Shown: piece after piece, positions 19,102 to 26,538 of the stretch
Layout of the letters: each line of letters starts with the position of its first letter
Position numbering within the stretch: the stretch's first letter is position 1
Assembly: GCA_041493345.1 (NCBI GenBank)
Contig: JBGPYQ010000001.1
Coordinates: 1 to 45,508 of the forward strand
Source of the DNA: Gammaproteobacteria bacterium
GTDB lineage: Bacteria; Pseudomonadota; Gammaproteobacteria; Burkholderiales; SG8-39
Direction: 5' to 3'
Length of the DNA stretch: 45,508 nucleotides
The notes under the pieces: generated by a model
Databases searched by the model: none
Told to the model about the DNA's origin: nothing
The model's input: the letters and a program-made list of their open reading frames with translations, nothing else
Program-made: the position numbers and the translations under genes

Positions 19102-19559
19102 GCGCGAAAAAATATTATTTCGAGGATTTTCCGGTCGGCATGGCGCTCGAGATATCCGGCCCGACCCTCACGAAAGATTCGATCCTGGAATACGCGCGCC
19201 GCTACGATCCGCAGCCCTTCCACGTGGACGAGGAGGCGGCGAAGCAATCCCTCTTCGGCGGGCTCATCGCGAGCGGCTGGCAGACCGTGAGTCTGTGCAT
19301 GCGCATGATCTGCGATTCCTATCTGATCGAGTCGGCCAGCATGGGCTCGCCCGGCGTCAAGGAAGTTAGCTGGACCCAGCCCGTGCGTCCCGGCGACACG
19401 CTCAAGCTGAAGATGACCGTGCTCGAGGCAAAAGCTTCCCGGAGCAAGCCCGACCGCGGCATGGTGCTGCACCGCTGGGAGGTGTTCAACCAGAACCAGG
19501 AGCTGGTCATGCGCATGGAAGGCTACGGCATGTTCAGGCGCCGCGCCGCCGCCGTGTAA
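19098..19559 (+). CDS. MaoC-like (R)-specific enoyl-CoA hydratase/dehydratase domain protein
   Basis: TTG start overlapping the ALDH stop (TTGA). Has [30 protein letters not shown], a MaoC hotdog signature. About 153 aa. Confidence 0.8.
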   Translation: MSAKKYYFEDFPVGMALEISGPTLTKDSILEYARRYDPQPFHVDEEAAKQSLFGGLIASGWQTVSLCMRMICDSYLIESASMGSPGVKEVSWTQPVRPGDTLKLKMTVLEAKASRSKPDRGMVLHRWEVFNQNQELVMRMEGYGMFRRRAAAV

Positions 19560-19601
19560 AAGCCGGCGCGACCGACCGGCCCGCTGAATCGACCAGGCGC
19601 G

Positions 19602-19620
19602 GGCGGCGCCCGGCGCCGCC
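19602..19620. terminator. GC hairpin between convergent genes (possible bidirectional terminator)
   Basis: ggcggcg-cccgg-cgccgcc between the MaoC stop (19559) and the OmpA-like gene stop (19636). No U-tract. Confidence 0.25.
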
Positions 19621-19635
19621 GGGATGATGCGCGCG

Positions 19636-20544
19636 TCATCTTGCAGCGAGCTTTTCGCACGCCCCGGCCCGCAGAAGCATGATATCGGCGCGGCGATTGA
19701 ACAGGCCCTGGTCTTTTCCCCTGCCCGTTTCCCGAAGCGGCCGCGCCTTGAAATACCGCGGGTGCCGGATCATGGCTTCGAGAGAGGCCCATTGAACCGG
19801 GTCTTTCACGATCACTTTCGATTTTGCGTCCTGGGCTCCGGTGATCGCGACGATCCGCTGATGCAGGTTCGCCGCCCGGCGGTTCGCCGCCTCCCGGTTC
19901 AGCTCCCTGGTCTTCGAGGGAAACTCGTTTTCGTCGGCAAAACCCTGCACCTGGATCTCCACGTTCTCGTCAGGATTGGAGCCGACACAAGCCTTGAGGC
20001 TCCCCAGCAGCCTGGTCAGATCGGCCTCCTGTTCCTTGCTCAGATTCACGCCTTTCGACCAGCCCGGCGGCCCGCTGGCAAGCCCGAACAGGAAGGGAAA
20101 CGCTTCGGCGGGCCTGGGTTCCTCGCCCGTCATTCGCGCCAGATAGACGAGTTCCTTTTTGACCTCCGCCTGAGCGGGCTCGATGCGGGTGCCCGAAAAG
20201 ACGGTGGGCAGCGCGGTCAGATAGGCCACGAGGCACGCCAGGGCCACGCAACCGGGAAAAAGCGAACTCTCCTTGTCCGGTTTCGTCACGTATTCCCAGA
20301 GAGTCAGCGCGAGTTCGAACAGCTTTTCGATCGAGGTGATGATATAGGTCAGACCGAGGCCGGCGACGCCCCACGCAAGGGGAACCCCGAGAACGGTCTT
20401 GACGTTTGAATCCTGGATCGTCTCCGCGAGAAACCGTCCAAAAACCACGCCCACGTAAGCCGTGGCCGCGAGAATCGCGATGCCCCGGACCATGCGGCGC
20501 GTTCTCTTCCAGTCGCGCGGCTGGCCGGCACTCTGCGTACTCAT
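19636..20544 (-). CDS. Membrane-anchored OmpA/MotB-like peptidoglycan-binding domain protein
   Basis: Start at ATG 20544 (GGGAGAG RBS). Three predicted N-terminal TM helices. C-terminus NVEIQVQGFADENEF...NREAANRRAANLHQRI...FNRRADIML resembles the OmpA_C-like fold. Confidence 0.7.
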   Translation of the reverse strand: MSTQSAGQPRDWKRTRRMVRGIAILAATAYVGVVFGRFLAETIQDSNVKTVLGVPLAWGVAGLGLTYIITSIEKLFELALTLWEYVTKPDKESSLFPGCVALACLVAYLTALPTVFSGTRIEPAQAEVKKELVYLARMTGEEPRPAEAFPFLFGLASGPPGWSKGVNLSKEQEADLTRLLGSLKACVGSNPDENVEIQVQGFADENEFPSKTRELNREAANRRAANLHQRIVAITGAQDAKSKVIVKDPVQWASLEAMIRHPRYFKARPLRETGRGKDQGLFNRRADIMLLRAGACEKLAAR

Positions 20545-20740
20545 AGGATTCTCTCCCTGGAAAACCAATTCCCTATATAGCCTGCCTCTGCGGGAAACGC
20601 CAGTGCCTTACCGGAAAAAGATGGACCTTGACCCCTTGCCGGTCGCCCTGCCGTCGCTGATCTCCGGTGCTGCCATGGCGCTCCGGGCGCCCGGTTGGCG
20701 GCGGTCTGCGGACCGGGCGCGGTAAATCACGAGAGTGCGC

Positions 20741-20840
20741 CTAGCGATACAGTCCCAGCCTCTCCAGCCACTGCTGGATCAGCGCGGCGATCCGCCGGTT
20801 GTTCCTGTCCATCATCAGCATGTGCGAGTTGCCGCGGATG
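20741..20840 (-). pseudogene. alpha/beta-hydrolase 3'-end fragment, copy 1
   Basis: Reverse strand reads IRGNSHMLMMDRNNRRIAALIQQWLERLGLYR*. It is homologous to the C-terminus at 25603.. (MRGNSHMLMMDRNNLQVAALIQDWLAKQGLYR*). No upstream ORF. Confidence 0.6.
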
Positions 20841-20901
20841 CAAAACTCAAGGGACCGGAGTCGAGTTCTCTTCCTATTACAAAAGAAAATCGACCCTGAA
20901 C

Positions 20902-22263
20902 CTATTTTTCCAGCGCAGCTTCGATACCGACCATCACCTGAGAGCGGCTATAGTCGTAGGTGTCCAGGTTCGATTCGTTTCGATAGTAGCTGTAGTCAAT
21001 GAACGCACGCCACAGAGCGGTAAGGCGACGATTCGCGCGCAAGGCGATACCGTAACGGTCGTCTTTGCGCGTAACCTCGAGGGTGCCCCCGTTGAGACGA
21101 TTAGGATCGTTGTAGCGGCTGACGCGATATTCTCCGCGCGCATCGGTCTGCCAGCCGCCGGCGTTGCGCAGAGCGACGGTCGCGAACAGCGAATGCCGCG
21201 TCGGCGAGGAGCTGAAGAACTCGGCCCCCTGCTGGAGATCCCTGCGATTGTTGAGCTCGAGTTGATAGCCGACGCGCAGAAGGGCGGGCGCCAATGCGAA
21301 GCCCGCATCCGCTGTGAAGCGCTGTTGCCATCCGTCGAGATACTCGAAGCCGCCGCCGCCGTCGATGTGCCCGAGCTGATAGCGCCCGCGCAGATCGCCG
21401 CCGGCATCCAGGCGGCTGCGCGCCTGTACATCGACCACCGCGGACTGCTCGAGGCGGTTGCCGTCGACGTAGATCACGTCGAGATAACCGCCAACGCTGG
21501 TCTGCGAGCGACCCGAATCGGTGTCGTAGCTCAAGCCGGCGCGCAATCCCATCAGGTCGAATTGATCCAGATCCCTGTATTTCCGCAGGACCAAGCCGCC
21601 GTAAGCTTGCGAACCGCGCGCGGCGTCCCCGGTCAGACGGTGACTCGCCGCGGCGAGCGCCTCGACGAAGAAGTCGCTCTTGTCGCTGATTCCGGCTGTT
21701 TCGGCATCCGGCGACAGCGCCACGTTGCTGTCGTAGCCGCCGGCCAGCGAGACCACGGCACCCGTCCGCGGCGGCGGCGGCGCGCCGCCGAGCCGCTCGA
21801 GGGCCGTGCCGGCGAGTGCGCGCAAGTTCCGGTCAGTGGCCGTGCGGTGTGCCCGTTCGAAGTACTCAATCGTCTGCTGCTCGCGCCCCATGCGCTGCGC
21901 GATCAGGCCGAGGTTGTAGTGCGCGAGAGCGGCCCACTCCGGGCCGCTCGCGAGCCCCTGGAACTCGCGTTCGGCCTCCGGGTAGCGCTGCAGCCGGTAA
22001 TACGTCGCGCCGAGGTTGTAGTGCAGACCCGGAGTGTCCAGGCCCGCCCGCCGCGCATCGAGGAACGACTGAAGCGCCGCGGGGTAATCGCCCGCGCGAA
22101 ATGCCTTGACACCCTGCTCGAAAACCTGCGCGCCGTCCGCGGCGGCGCCGACAGGCTGCCACTGAACGACGCCCAGGAGTAAAACGACGACGACAAGGCA
22201 GGAAATCCGAAAGTCGCGTGTTTTTCCCCCTTGCGTCCCTCGACGACGAATAAACGCGCACAC
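20902..22263 (-). CDS. TPR-domain plus C-terminal beta-barrel outer-membrane protein (Slam/DUF560-like by architecture; inference)
   Basis: 453 aa. Has a hydrophobic leader, TPR-like repeats (GDYPAALQSFLDA..., YNLGATYYRLQRYPEAEREF, HYNLGLIAQRMGR) and then ~290 aa of amphipathic strands ending YSYYRNESNLDTYDYSRSQVMVGIEAALEK. Confidence 0.7.
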   Translation of the reverse strand: MCAFIRRRGTQGGKTRDFRISCLVVVVLLLGVVQWQPVGAAADGAQVFEQGVKAFRAGDYPAALQSFLDARRAGLDTPGLHYNLGATYYRLQRYPEAEREFQGLASGPEWAALAHYNLGLIAQRMGREQQTIEYFERAHRTATDRNLRALAGTALERLGGAPPPPRTGAVVSLAGGYDSNVALSPDAETAGISDKSDFFVEALAAASHRLTGDAARGSQAYGGLVLRKYRDLDQFDLMGLRAGLSYDTDSGRSQTSVGGYLDVIYVDGNRLEQSAVVDVQARSRLDAGGDLRGRYQLGHIDGGGGFEYLDGWQQRFTADAGFALAPALLRVGYQLELNNRRDLQQGAEFFSSSPTRHSLFATVALRNAGGWQTDARGEYRVSRYNDPNRLNGGTLEVTRKDDRYGIALRANRRLTALWRAFIDYSYYRNESNLDTYDYSRSQVMVGIEAALEK

Positions 22264-22312
22264 CCGCCGGAGTTTACTCCAGCGGGGAGCGGACCCGGGG
22301 GTGACGACCGAG

Positions 22313-22525
22313 TTACGGTCGCCCGGATTTCGACGGGATATTCGGGTTGCGGTCTCGTGCCCGTTCGCGCGCCGCCTCGGATGTATCTTTTCCGAGCTCG
22401 CGGCCGAGATCCCCTTTCAGTTCGCGAGCCCTGTCGGCGGTCTCCTGGCCAAAGGCCGCGGCATCCCGCGCCTGGGGCACCGCCTTCTCGGGCAGCTTGA
22501 TCTCGCCGGTGGCGGAGCCCGCCGG
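22313..22525. repeat. ~210-bp direct repeat, copy A (encodes shared C-terminal module)
   Basis: ttacggtcgcccggatttcga...ggcagcttgatctcgccggtggcgg aligns with 23265-23483. Confidence 0.85.
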
Positions 22526-23164
22526 CGTAATGGGCAGCGCGCCGAGGCTGGCGAACGCGGACGAAGCCGCGTTGGGCAAAGCGCCTGCAGGAATGGAGAC
22601 CGCGAGCGTCGCCGAGGTCGCGATCGATCCGACCGTTCCCGCTCCGAACGCCACCGTGCCCGCGGTGTTCGTCACCGCAACGGTTCCCTTGAGCACCGAA
22701 AGGTAGGCGGGATTCACGATCGCGACCATGAAGTCGGTGCCTCGGATGCCGATCGTCGACAGCCGGACACTCAGCGAGAACGCGTCAGGGTTGCGTTGCC
22801 CCAGCGCTCCGGTCAGCACGCGCAGCGCTCCCTGCAGGAGGACGAACACCGCGCGATCGGCCGTCGGCTCCTCCTGCCGGTAGCGAAAGTCCTCTATCCG
22901 GAACTGCGTATTCTCGTGGAGCGCCACGACCTGGCCGTCGTCGAAGCGCAGAATGACCCGGGAACCGGGAGCGGTGGTCACCAGGGCGCCCGACAGCACA
23001 CGCTGTTTTGGGGCTACAGGCTTGCTTTCGGCGGGGGTCGCACCGGCGCGGACATCGCCTTCCGACTCCTGCACGACCGCCGCGCCGAACACGCTTGCCG
23101 CCGCACCCGCGATCCCCAATGCAAGAATCACGGACGAAAAAAACCGCCCTTTAGTCGTGCTCAT
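22313..23164 (-). CDS. Secreted FecR-domain protein with charged C-terminal module
   Basis: Start at ATG 23164 (GGGAG RBS). Has the signal peptide MSTTKGRFFSSVILALGIAGAAASVFGA and a FecR-like core SRVILRFDDGQVVALHENTQFRIEDF...LLQGALRV...IGIRGTDFMV. The C-terminal 66 aa are shared with the next gene. The longer track ORF to 23416 overlaps the neighbouring gene. Confidence 0.75.
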   Translation of the reverse strand: MSTTKGRFFSSVILALGIAGAAASVFGAAVVQESEGDVRAGATPAESKPVAPKQRVLSGALVTTAPGSRVILRFDDGQVVALHENTQFRIEDFRYRQEEPTADRAVFVLLQGALRVLTGALGQRNPDAFSLSVRLSTIGIRGTDFMVAIVNPAYLSVLKGTVAVTNTAGTVAFGAGTVGSIATSATLAVSIPAGALPNAASSAFASLGALPITPAGSATGEIKLPEKAVPQARDAAAFGQETADRARELKGDLGRELGKDTSEAARERARDRNPNIPSKSGRP

Positions 23165-23264
23165 GCTCCCTCTCTTCCGGCGCAGCGGGTAGGCCGCTGC
23201 CGGGAAACTACGGTTATTCCGCGAGCGGGGCGTGGCTGTCCGTTGCCCGGCCGGAACGAGGGCG

Positions 23265-23483
23265 TTACGGTCGCCCGGATTTCGATGGGATATCCGATTT
23301 GCGGTCTCGAGCCCGCTGGCGCGCCGCCTCGGATACCCCTTGCCCGAACTCGCGGCCGAGATCCCCTTGATTTTCGCGGGCGCTGTTGGCAGTCCCGAGG
23401 CCAAAGGCCGAGGCATCCTGCGCCCGGGGCGACGCCGTCTCGGGCAGCTTGATGGGCAGCTTGATCTCGCCGGTGGCGGCGCC
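23265..23483. repeat. ~210-bp direct repeat, copy B, with internal 12-bp tandem duplication (23442-23465)
   Basis: Aligns with 22313-22525. gggcagcttgat is doubled, giving IKLPIKLP versus IKLP. Confidence 0.85.
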
Positions 23484-23606
23484 GGCGGATGCGTTGGCCG
23501 GCACGACGTCCATCGTCACCTCGAGATCCCGCTGCTGCGCCCAGGCCGCGCTCGACAGCGCGAGGGCAAAAATCGTACCGATCGTATATCGCGTGAATTG
23601 CTTCAT
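23265..23606 (-). CDS. Small secreted protein sharing the C-terminal module of the FecR-domain protein
   Basis: 113 aa. Signal peptide MKQFTRYTIGTIFALALSSAAWAQ. C-terminus ATGEIKLPIKLPE..DASAFG..TA..ARENQGDLGREFG..SEAARQRARDR..DIPSKSGRP. Confidence 0.6.
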   Translation of the reverse strand: MKQFTRYTIGTIFALALSSAAWAQQRDLEVTMDVVPANASAGAATGEIKLPIKLPETASPRAQDASAFGLGTANSARENQGDLGREFGQGVSEAARQRARDRKSDIPSKSGRP

Positions 23607-23632
23607 GACATGCCTCCTTGCCTGCGGTAGGA

Positions 23633-24301
23633 CTAAGTCTCGAGCCCGACGGGCGCCATGCCCGTCTTGCCCGCGCTTTTGATTTCAATCTTCAGCCGGA
23701 ACGTCTTGCTGATCCCGCCGTGCGAAAGGCGCGCCACGAGTTGCTCGTCCTTCGCCGTTCCGTGCGCGACGAGCGCAAGCTGCAGCAAGTTCCCGCCTTC
23801 GCGCAAATCCGTCTGCCAGGAGAGCTCGCGCCGGTCGCCATAGCCGACGAGCTCGACGTTCTCGGGCAGCGTCAGGCTAATCGTCGCCGCCGGCAGCGGC
23901 TTCGCGCTGTTGAACATCAGGCGCACGGTCTCGGGGTGCTTGAGGGTCAGAGCCACCGTCTGCACCGGTGCTGGCGCCGGCTGTGTCGCGAGGAACACGC
24001 CCAAGGCCAGGCCAAGCACCAGACTTGCCGCTAGAGCCATGCCAAGCACGGCGCGCCGCGTTTGGCGAGCGCTGCCGACCGCCGCACGGGTCGCGCTCGA
24101 TAGCGCCTGGTCCAAAAAGCCCGGGCGCGGGGACGGCGCGGGCAGCGTGCGCAAGGCCGCCTGCAGCGCCACCGCGTGCTGATGCCGGCGGCGGCAGTTC
24201 AGACAACCCTCCAAATGTTCCTGAATCGACTGCTGCCGGACAGCGTCGAGCCGCCCGTCAAGGTAGTCGTCCAATTGCAGCGCGAAGTTGTGGCATTCCA
24301 T
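23633..24301 (-). CDS. Anti-sigma factor (zf-HC2 type), single-pass membrane protein
   Basis: The N-terminal H-x3-C-x2-C pattern (EHLEGCLNCRRRHQH) follows MECHNFALQLDDYLDGRL. Has TM helix AVLGMALAASLVLGLALGVFLA and a periplasmic C-terminal domain. Starts 11 nt after the sigma gene. Confidence 0.8.
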   Translation of the reverse strand: MECHNFALQLDDYLDGRLDAVRQQSIQEHLEGCLNCRRRHQHAVALQAALRTLPAPSPRPGFLDQALSSATRAAVGSARQTRRAVLGMALAASLVLGLALGVFLATQPAPAPVQTVALTLKHPETVRLMFNSAKPLPAATISLTLPENVELVGYGDRRELSWQTDLREGGNLLQLALVAHGTAKDEQLVARLSHGGISKTFRLKIEIKSAGKTGMAPVGLET

Positions 24302-24312
24302 TTGATAAGTTC

Positions 24313-24897
24313 CTACCCGTTAACACGCTCGCCGGCGGAAAAAGGTTCCACCGCCAGGAGCGCCCGCAACCGGTGGCGGGCCCGGTGCAGGCGCGACTTG
24401 AGGGTGCCGAGCGGCGTCTCCAGAATCGTCTCGAGCTCTTCGAGGGTATACCCCTCGACGTCGTGCATCGTGACGACCGCGCGCTGCTCGGGATTGAGCC
24501 GGTCGAGGGCGCCCAGGATGCGCTCGCGCCACCCGCTGCGTTCGGCGTGCTCTTCCGGGCCATCTTCGATCGCCGGCAACGTGTCGAGGAGGTTGTCGTC
24601 GCCCTCCGTGTTGTTGGCGAGTTCAGCGATCGGCGTGCGAGCCCGTTGGCGGACGAAGTCGACGTATTGGCGGTAAAGCACCCGGGCCAGCCAGGGCTGG
24701 AGTTGCTCGATATCGAACAGCTCCTGGGTACGGGGGTAGAGCTTGAGCAATACGTCCTGAACCAGGTCCTCGGCGTCGGCCACGCTGCCGGTGAAGCGCC
24801 AAGCCAGCCGATAGAGGTACTCGACATGCGGGCGCAACAGATCCTCGAAATTTGGCGCGGCGGGCCGGGTTCGGCGGAAGGGCAAAACGGGCGCCAT
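24313..24897 (-). CDS. ECF (sigma-70 family group 4) RNA polymerase sigma factor
   Basis: Region 2: LLRPHVEYLYRLAWRFTGSVADAEDLVQDVLLKLY. Region 4: LNPEQRAVVTMHDVEGYTLEELETILETPLGTLKSRLHRARHRLR. Start set at ATG 24897; an upstream GTG at 24969 is possible. Confidence 0.9.
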   Translation of the reverse strand: MAPVLPFRRTRPAAPNFEDLLRPHVEYLYRLAWRFTGSVADAEDLVQDVLLKLYPRTQELFDIEQLQPWLARVLYRQYVDFVRQRARTPIAELANNTEGDDNLLDTLPAIEDGPEEHAERSGWRERILGALDRLNPEQRAVVTMHDVEGYTLEELETILETPLGTLKSRLHRARHRLRALLAVEPFSAGERVNG

Positions 24898-24904
24898 AAA
24901 AGTA

Positions 24905-24934
24905 ACTACACGTCCGCGCGGCCGAAAAGGTTCC
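24905..24934 (-). promoter_or_regulatory. Candidate ECF-type (autoregulated) promoter
   Basis: The minus strand reads GGAAC-17 nt-CGTGT, with the ATG 24897 only ~10 nt after CGTGT. That would make the mRNA nearly leaderless. Pattern match only. Confidence 0.3.
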
Positions 24935-25077
24935 CTCCATAGCGTGCTGGCGGGGGATTGCACTTCCACTTTCGAGTCGAGTATGTGACTTTTTGAACAA
25001 AAGTAGATTGCATCGCCGCGTGAGTATGCGCCGAAATCTCATTCAACTCTCATCACCGCCCGGGAATCTCGTCTTCC

Positions 25078-25185
25078 TTAACGGTAAAGCCCCTGCTTCG
25101 CCAGCCACTGCTGAATCAGCGCGGCGACCTGGAGGTTGTTCCGGTACATCATCAGCATGTGCGAGTTGCCTCCATAGCCGGCGTT
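25078..25185 (-). pseudogene. alpha/beta-hydrolase 3'-end fragment, copy 2
   Basis: Reverse strand reads NAGYGGNSHMLMMYRNNLQVAALIQQWLAKQGLYR*. It abuts the VOC gene stop codon (25187-25189). Confidence 0.65.
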
Positions 25186-25186
25186 T

Positions 25187-25585
25187 TCAGTGAAGCCACT
25201 GCCTGAGCTCGATGTGGTAGCCGTTGGGATCGCGTATCTCCGCCCTGGCGTAGTTCTCCCTGAACACCGGGCCCCAGACGGGGTCGATTCCCTTCGCCTT
25301 CAGGTATTCGAGGGTCTTTCGCATGTCCTCCACCTCGAGCGCCATCATGCGGTAGCCCAGGTGGGTCTTCTGCGGCGCGGGCTCGACCGGCGTGCCTTCA
25401 TAAGTCAGCAGCTCGATCGCGGTGCCGCCGAGATCGAGGTACGCGATGCCGAGCGAGCCGCCTGCGTCGTTCAGCGGGACACGGTCGCGGAATTTCAATT
25501 TGAAGCCGAGCACGCCGGTGTAGAACTCGACGCTCCGCTCCGGCTCGTTGGTCACGATCTCGACGTGGTCTATCTTCTTGAACAA
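25187..25585 (-). CDS. VOC (glyoxalase/bleomycin-resistance/dioxygenase) family protein
   Basis: TTG start at 25585, 6 nt after GGAG. 132 aa: (M)FKKIDHVEIVTNEPERSVEFYTGVLGFKL...LGYRMMALEVEDM...AEIRDPNGYHIELRQW. The 260-aa track ORF is a read-through across gene fragments. Confidence 0.8.
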   Translation of the reverse strand: MFKKIDHVEIVTNEPERSVEFYTGVLGFKLKFRDRVPLNDAGGSLGIAYLDLGGTAIELLTYEGTPVEPAPQKTHLGYRMMALEVEDMRKTLEYLKAKGIDPVWGPVFRENYARAEIRDPNGYHIELRQWLH

Positions 25586-25602
25586 GGTGAACTCCGTGTC
25601 GT

Positions 25603-25944
25603 TTATCGGTACAGCCCCTGCTTCGCCAACCAATCCTGGATCAGCGCGGCGACCTGCAGGTTGTTCCTGTCCATCATCAGCATGTGCGAGTTGCCGCGCA
25701 TGCCGGCGTTCGGCAGGTCCATGATCTCGACCTTGCCGCCCGCCTTCGAAATCTCGCCCACGAAATCGACGCCGTTCTTCCTGATCTGCGGCCAGCGCGA
25801 GTCGAGCGCGATGTTGTCGCCGTAGACGACGAGCACCGGGATGTCTTTTAGCACGGCGGCCTGCTTCGGGTCGCCCTGACCCGCGGGCTCGATTGCGATG
25901 AGCGCTTTTACCTTGTCGGGGCGCGCCTGCGCGACCTGATAGCG
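25603..25944 (-). pseudogene. alpha/beta-hydrolase gene, 3' third only (5'-truncated), copy 3
   Basis: Frame reads RYQVAQARPDKVKALIAIEPAGQGDPKQAAVLKDIPVLVVYGDNIALDSRW...LPNAGMRGNSHMLMMDRNNLQVAALIQDWLAKQGLYR*. The catalytic-His region is present. The nucleophile elbow and N-terminus are absent because the frame runs into an EF-G fragment. Confidence 0.7.
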
Positions 25945-26026
25945 GCGCCTGACCTTTGAGCGCGGTCATGCCGCCGCCCGCGCTGTCGGTGCCGGTGACG
26001 TTACCACGCTTGCCGAGGTCGGAGGT
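25938..26026 (-). pseudogene. Short EF-G-like gene fragment (third copy)
   Basis: Reverse strand reads TSDLGKRGNVTGTDSAGGGMTALKGQAPLS. The full copies read TSDLSGKRGHVTGTDSAGGGMTAIRGQAPLS. It is fused at ~25938-25944 to the truncated hydrolase frame. Confidence 0.6.
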
Positions 26027-26034
26027 GGGCCGGG

Positions 26035-26064
26035 TTGCCGGTAATTATCGTCACGTGTTACAAT
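26035..26064 (+). promoter_or_regulatory. Candidate sigma70 promoter giving a leaderless transcript of the two-gene module
   Basis: TTGCCG (26035-40), 18 nt, TACAAT (26059-64). The ATG at 26071 lies 7 nt downstream and no SD is present. Confidence 0.3.
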
Positions 26065-26070
26065 AATTAG

Positions 26071-26538
26071 ATGACCGATTCCCGCCGCCGCCCGGGACGG
26101 CCCCCCACCGGCCGCGCCCAGACCGCGGCCGAACGCATGCGCCGCTACCGCGCCCGCCAGCGCGCGGCGGGCCTGCGTCCCTCGACGCGCTGGCAATCCG
26201 CGGCATCCGCGGCGCTCTCCCCCGGCCTGCTCAAGCACCGCATCATCGAGGCGCGCAGCCTCGCGATGCATTGCCTGATCGCCCGGAAGATCGGAGCGGA
26301 CCGGAGGCTGCTCGACACGGCGCGGCGCAACCTTGCGACGTGGGCCGGGCGTTACGGCGACAGCGTTCCGCGCGCGTTGAGCGAGTGGCGCGAGATCCTC
26401 GATCATCCCTGGCCGGAAATCGCCGCCCTGATTACCGATGCCGGCGAGTCGGCCGTGCGCTTGCGGCAGTCTTCTCCTTTCGCGGGCGTGCTCACGCCCA
26501 CCGAGCGGCGACGCGTGTATGAAGCGTTCCGAGCTTGA
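26071..26538 (+). CDS. Hypothetical protein, Arg-rich N-terminus (candidate antitoxin/regulator)
   Basis: 155 aa: MTDSRRRPGRPPTGRAQTAAERMRRYRARQRAAG..., then a helical domain. Overlaps the next ORF by 20 nt. Confidence 0.6.
   Translation: MTDSRRRPGRPPTGRAQTAAERMRRYRARQRAAGLRPSTRWQSAASAALSPGLLKHRIIEARSLAMHCLIARKIGADRRLLDTARRNLATWAGRYGDSVPRALSEWREILDHPWPEIAALITDAGESAVRLRQSSPFAGVLTPTERRRVYEAFRA

Noticed and set aside
22313-23416. 367-aa version of the FecR-domain ORF.
   Set aside because: The extension overlaps the neighbouring 113-aa gene and its repeat. An internal ATG at 23164 has an RBS and is followed by a signal peptide.
20741-25185. Integron-like cassette array, with the repeats acting as attC sites.
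   Set aside because: The repeats are homologous coding-sequence fragments of one gene, whereas attC sites are structure-conserved and sequence-variable. I saw no clear R'/R'' core sites and no intI gene.
25187-25969. 260-aa ORF starting MTALKGQAPLSGRAG...
   Set aside because: It is a read-through chimera. It starts in the EF-G fragment, crosses the hydrolase remnant out of frame, and only its last 132 aa form the VOC domain with its own RBS and TTG start.
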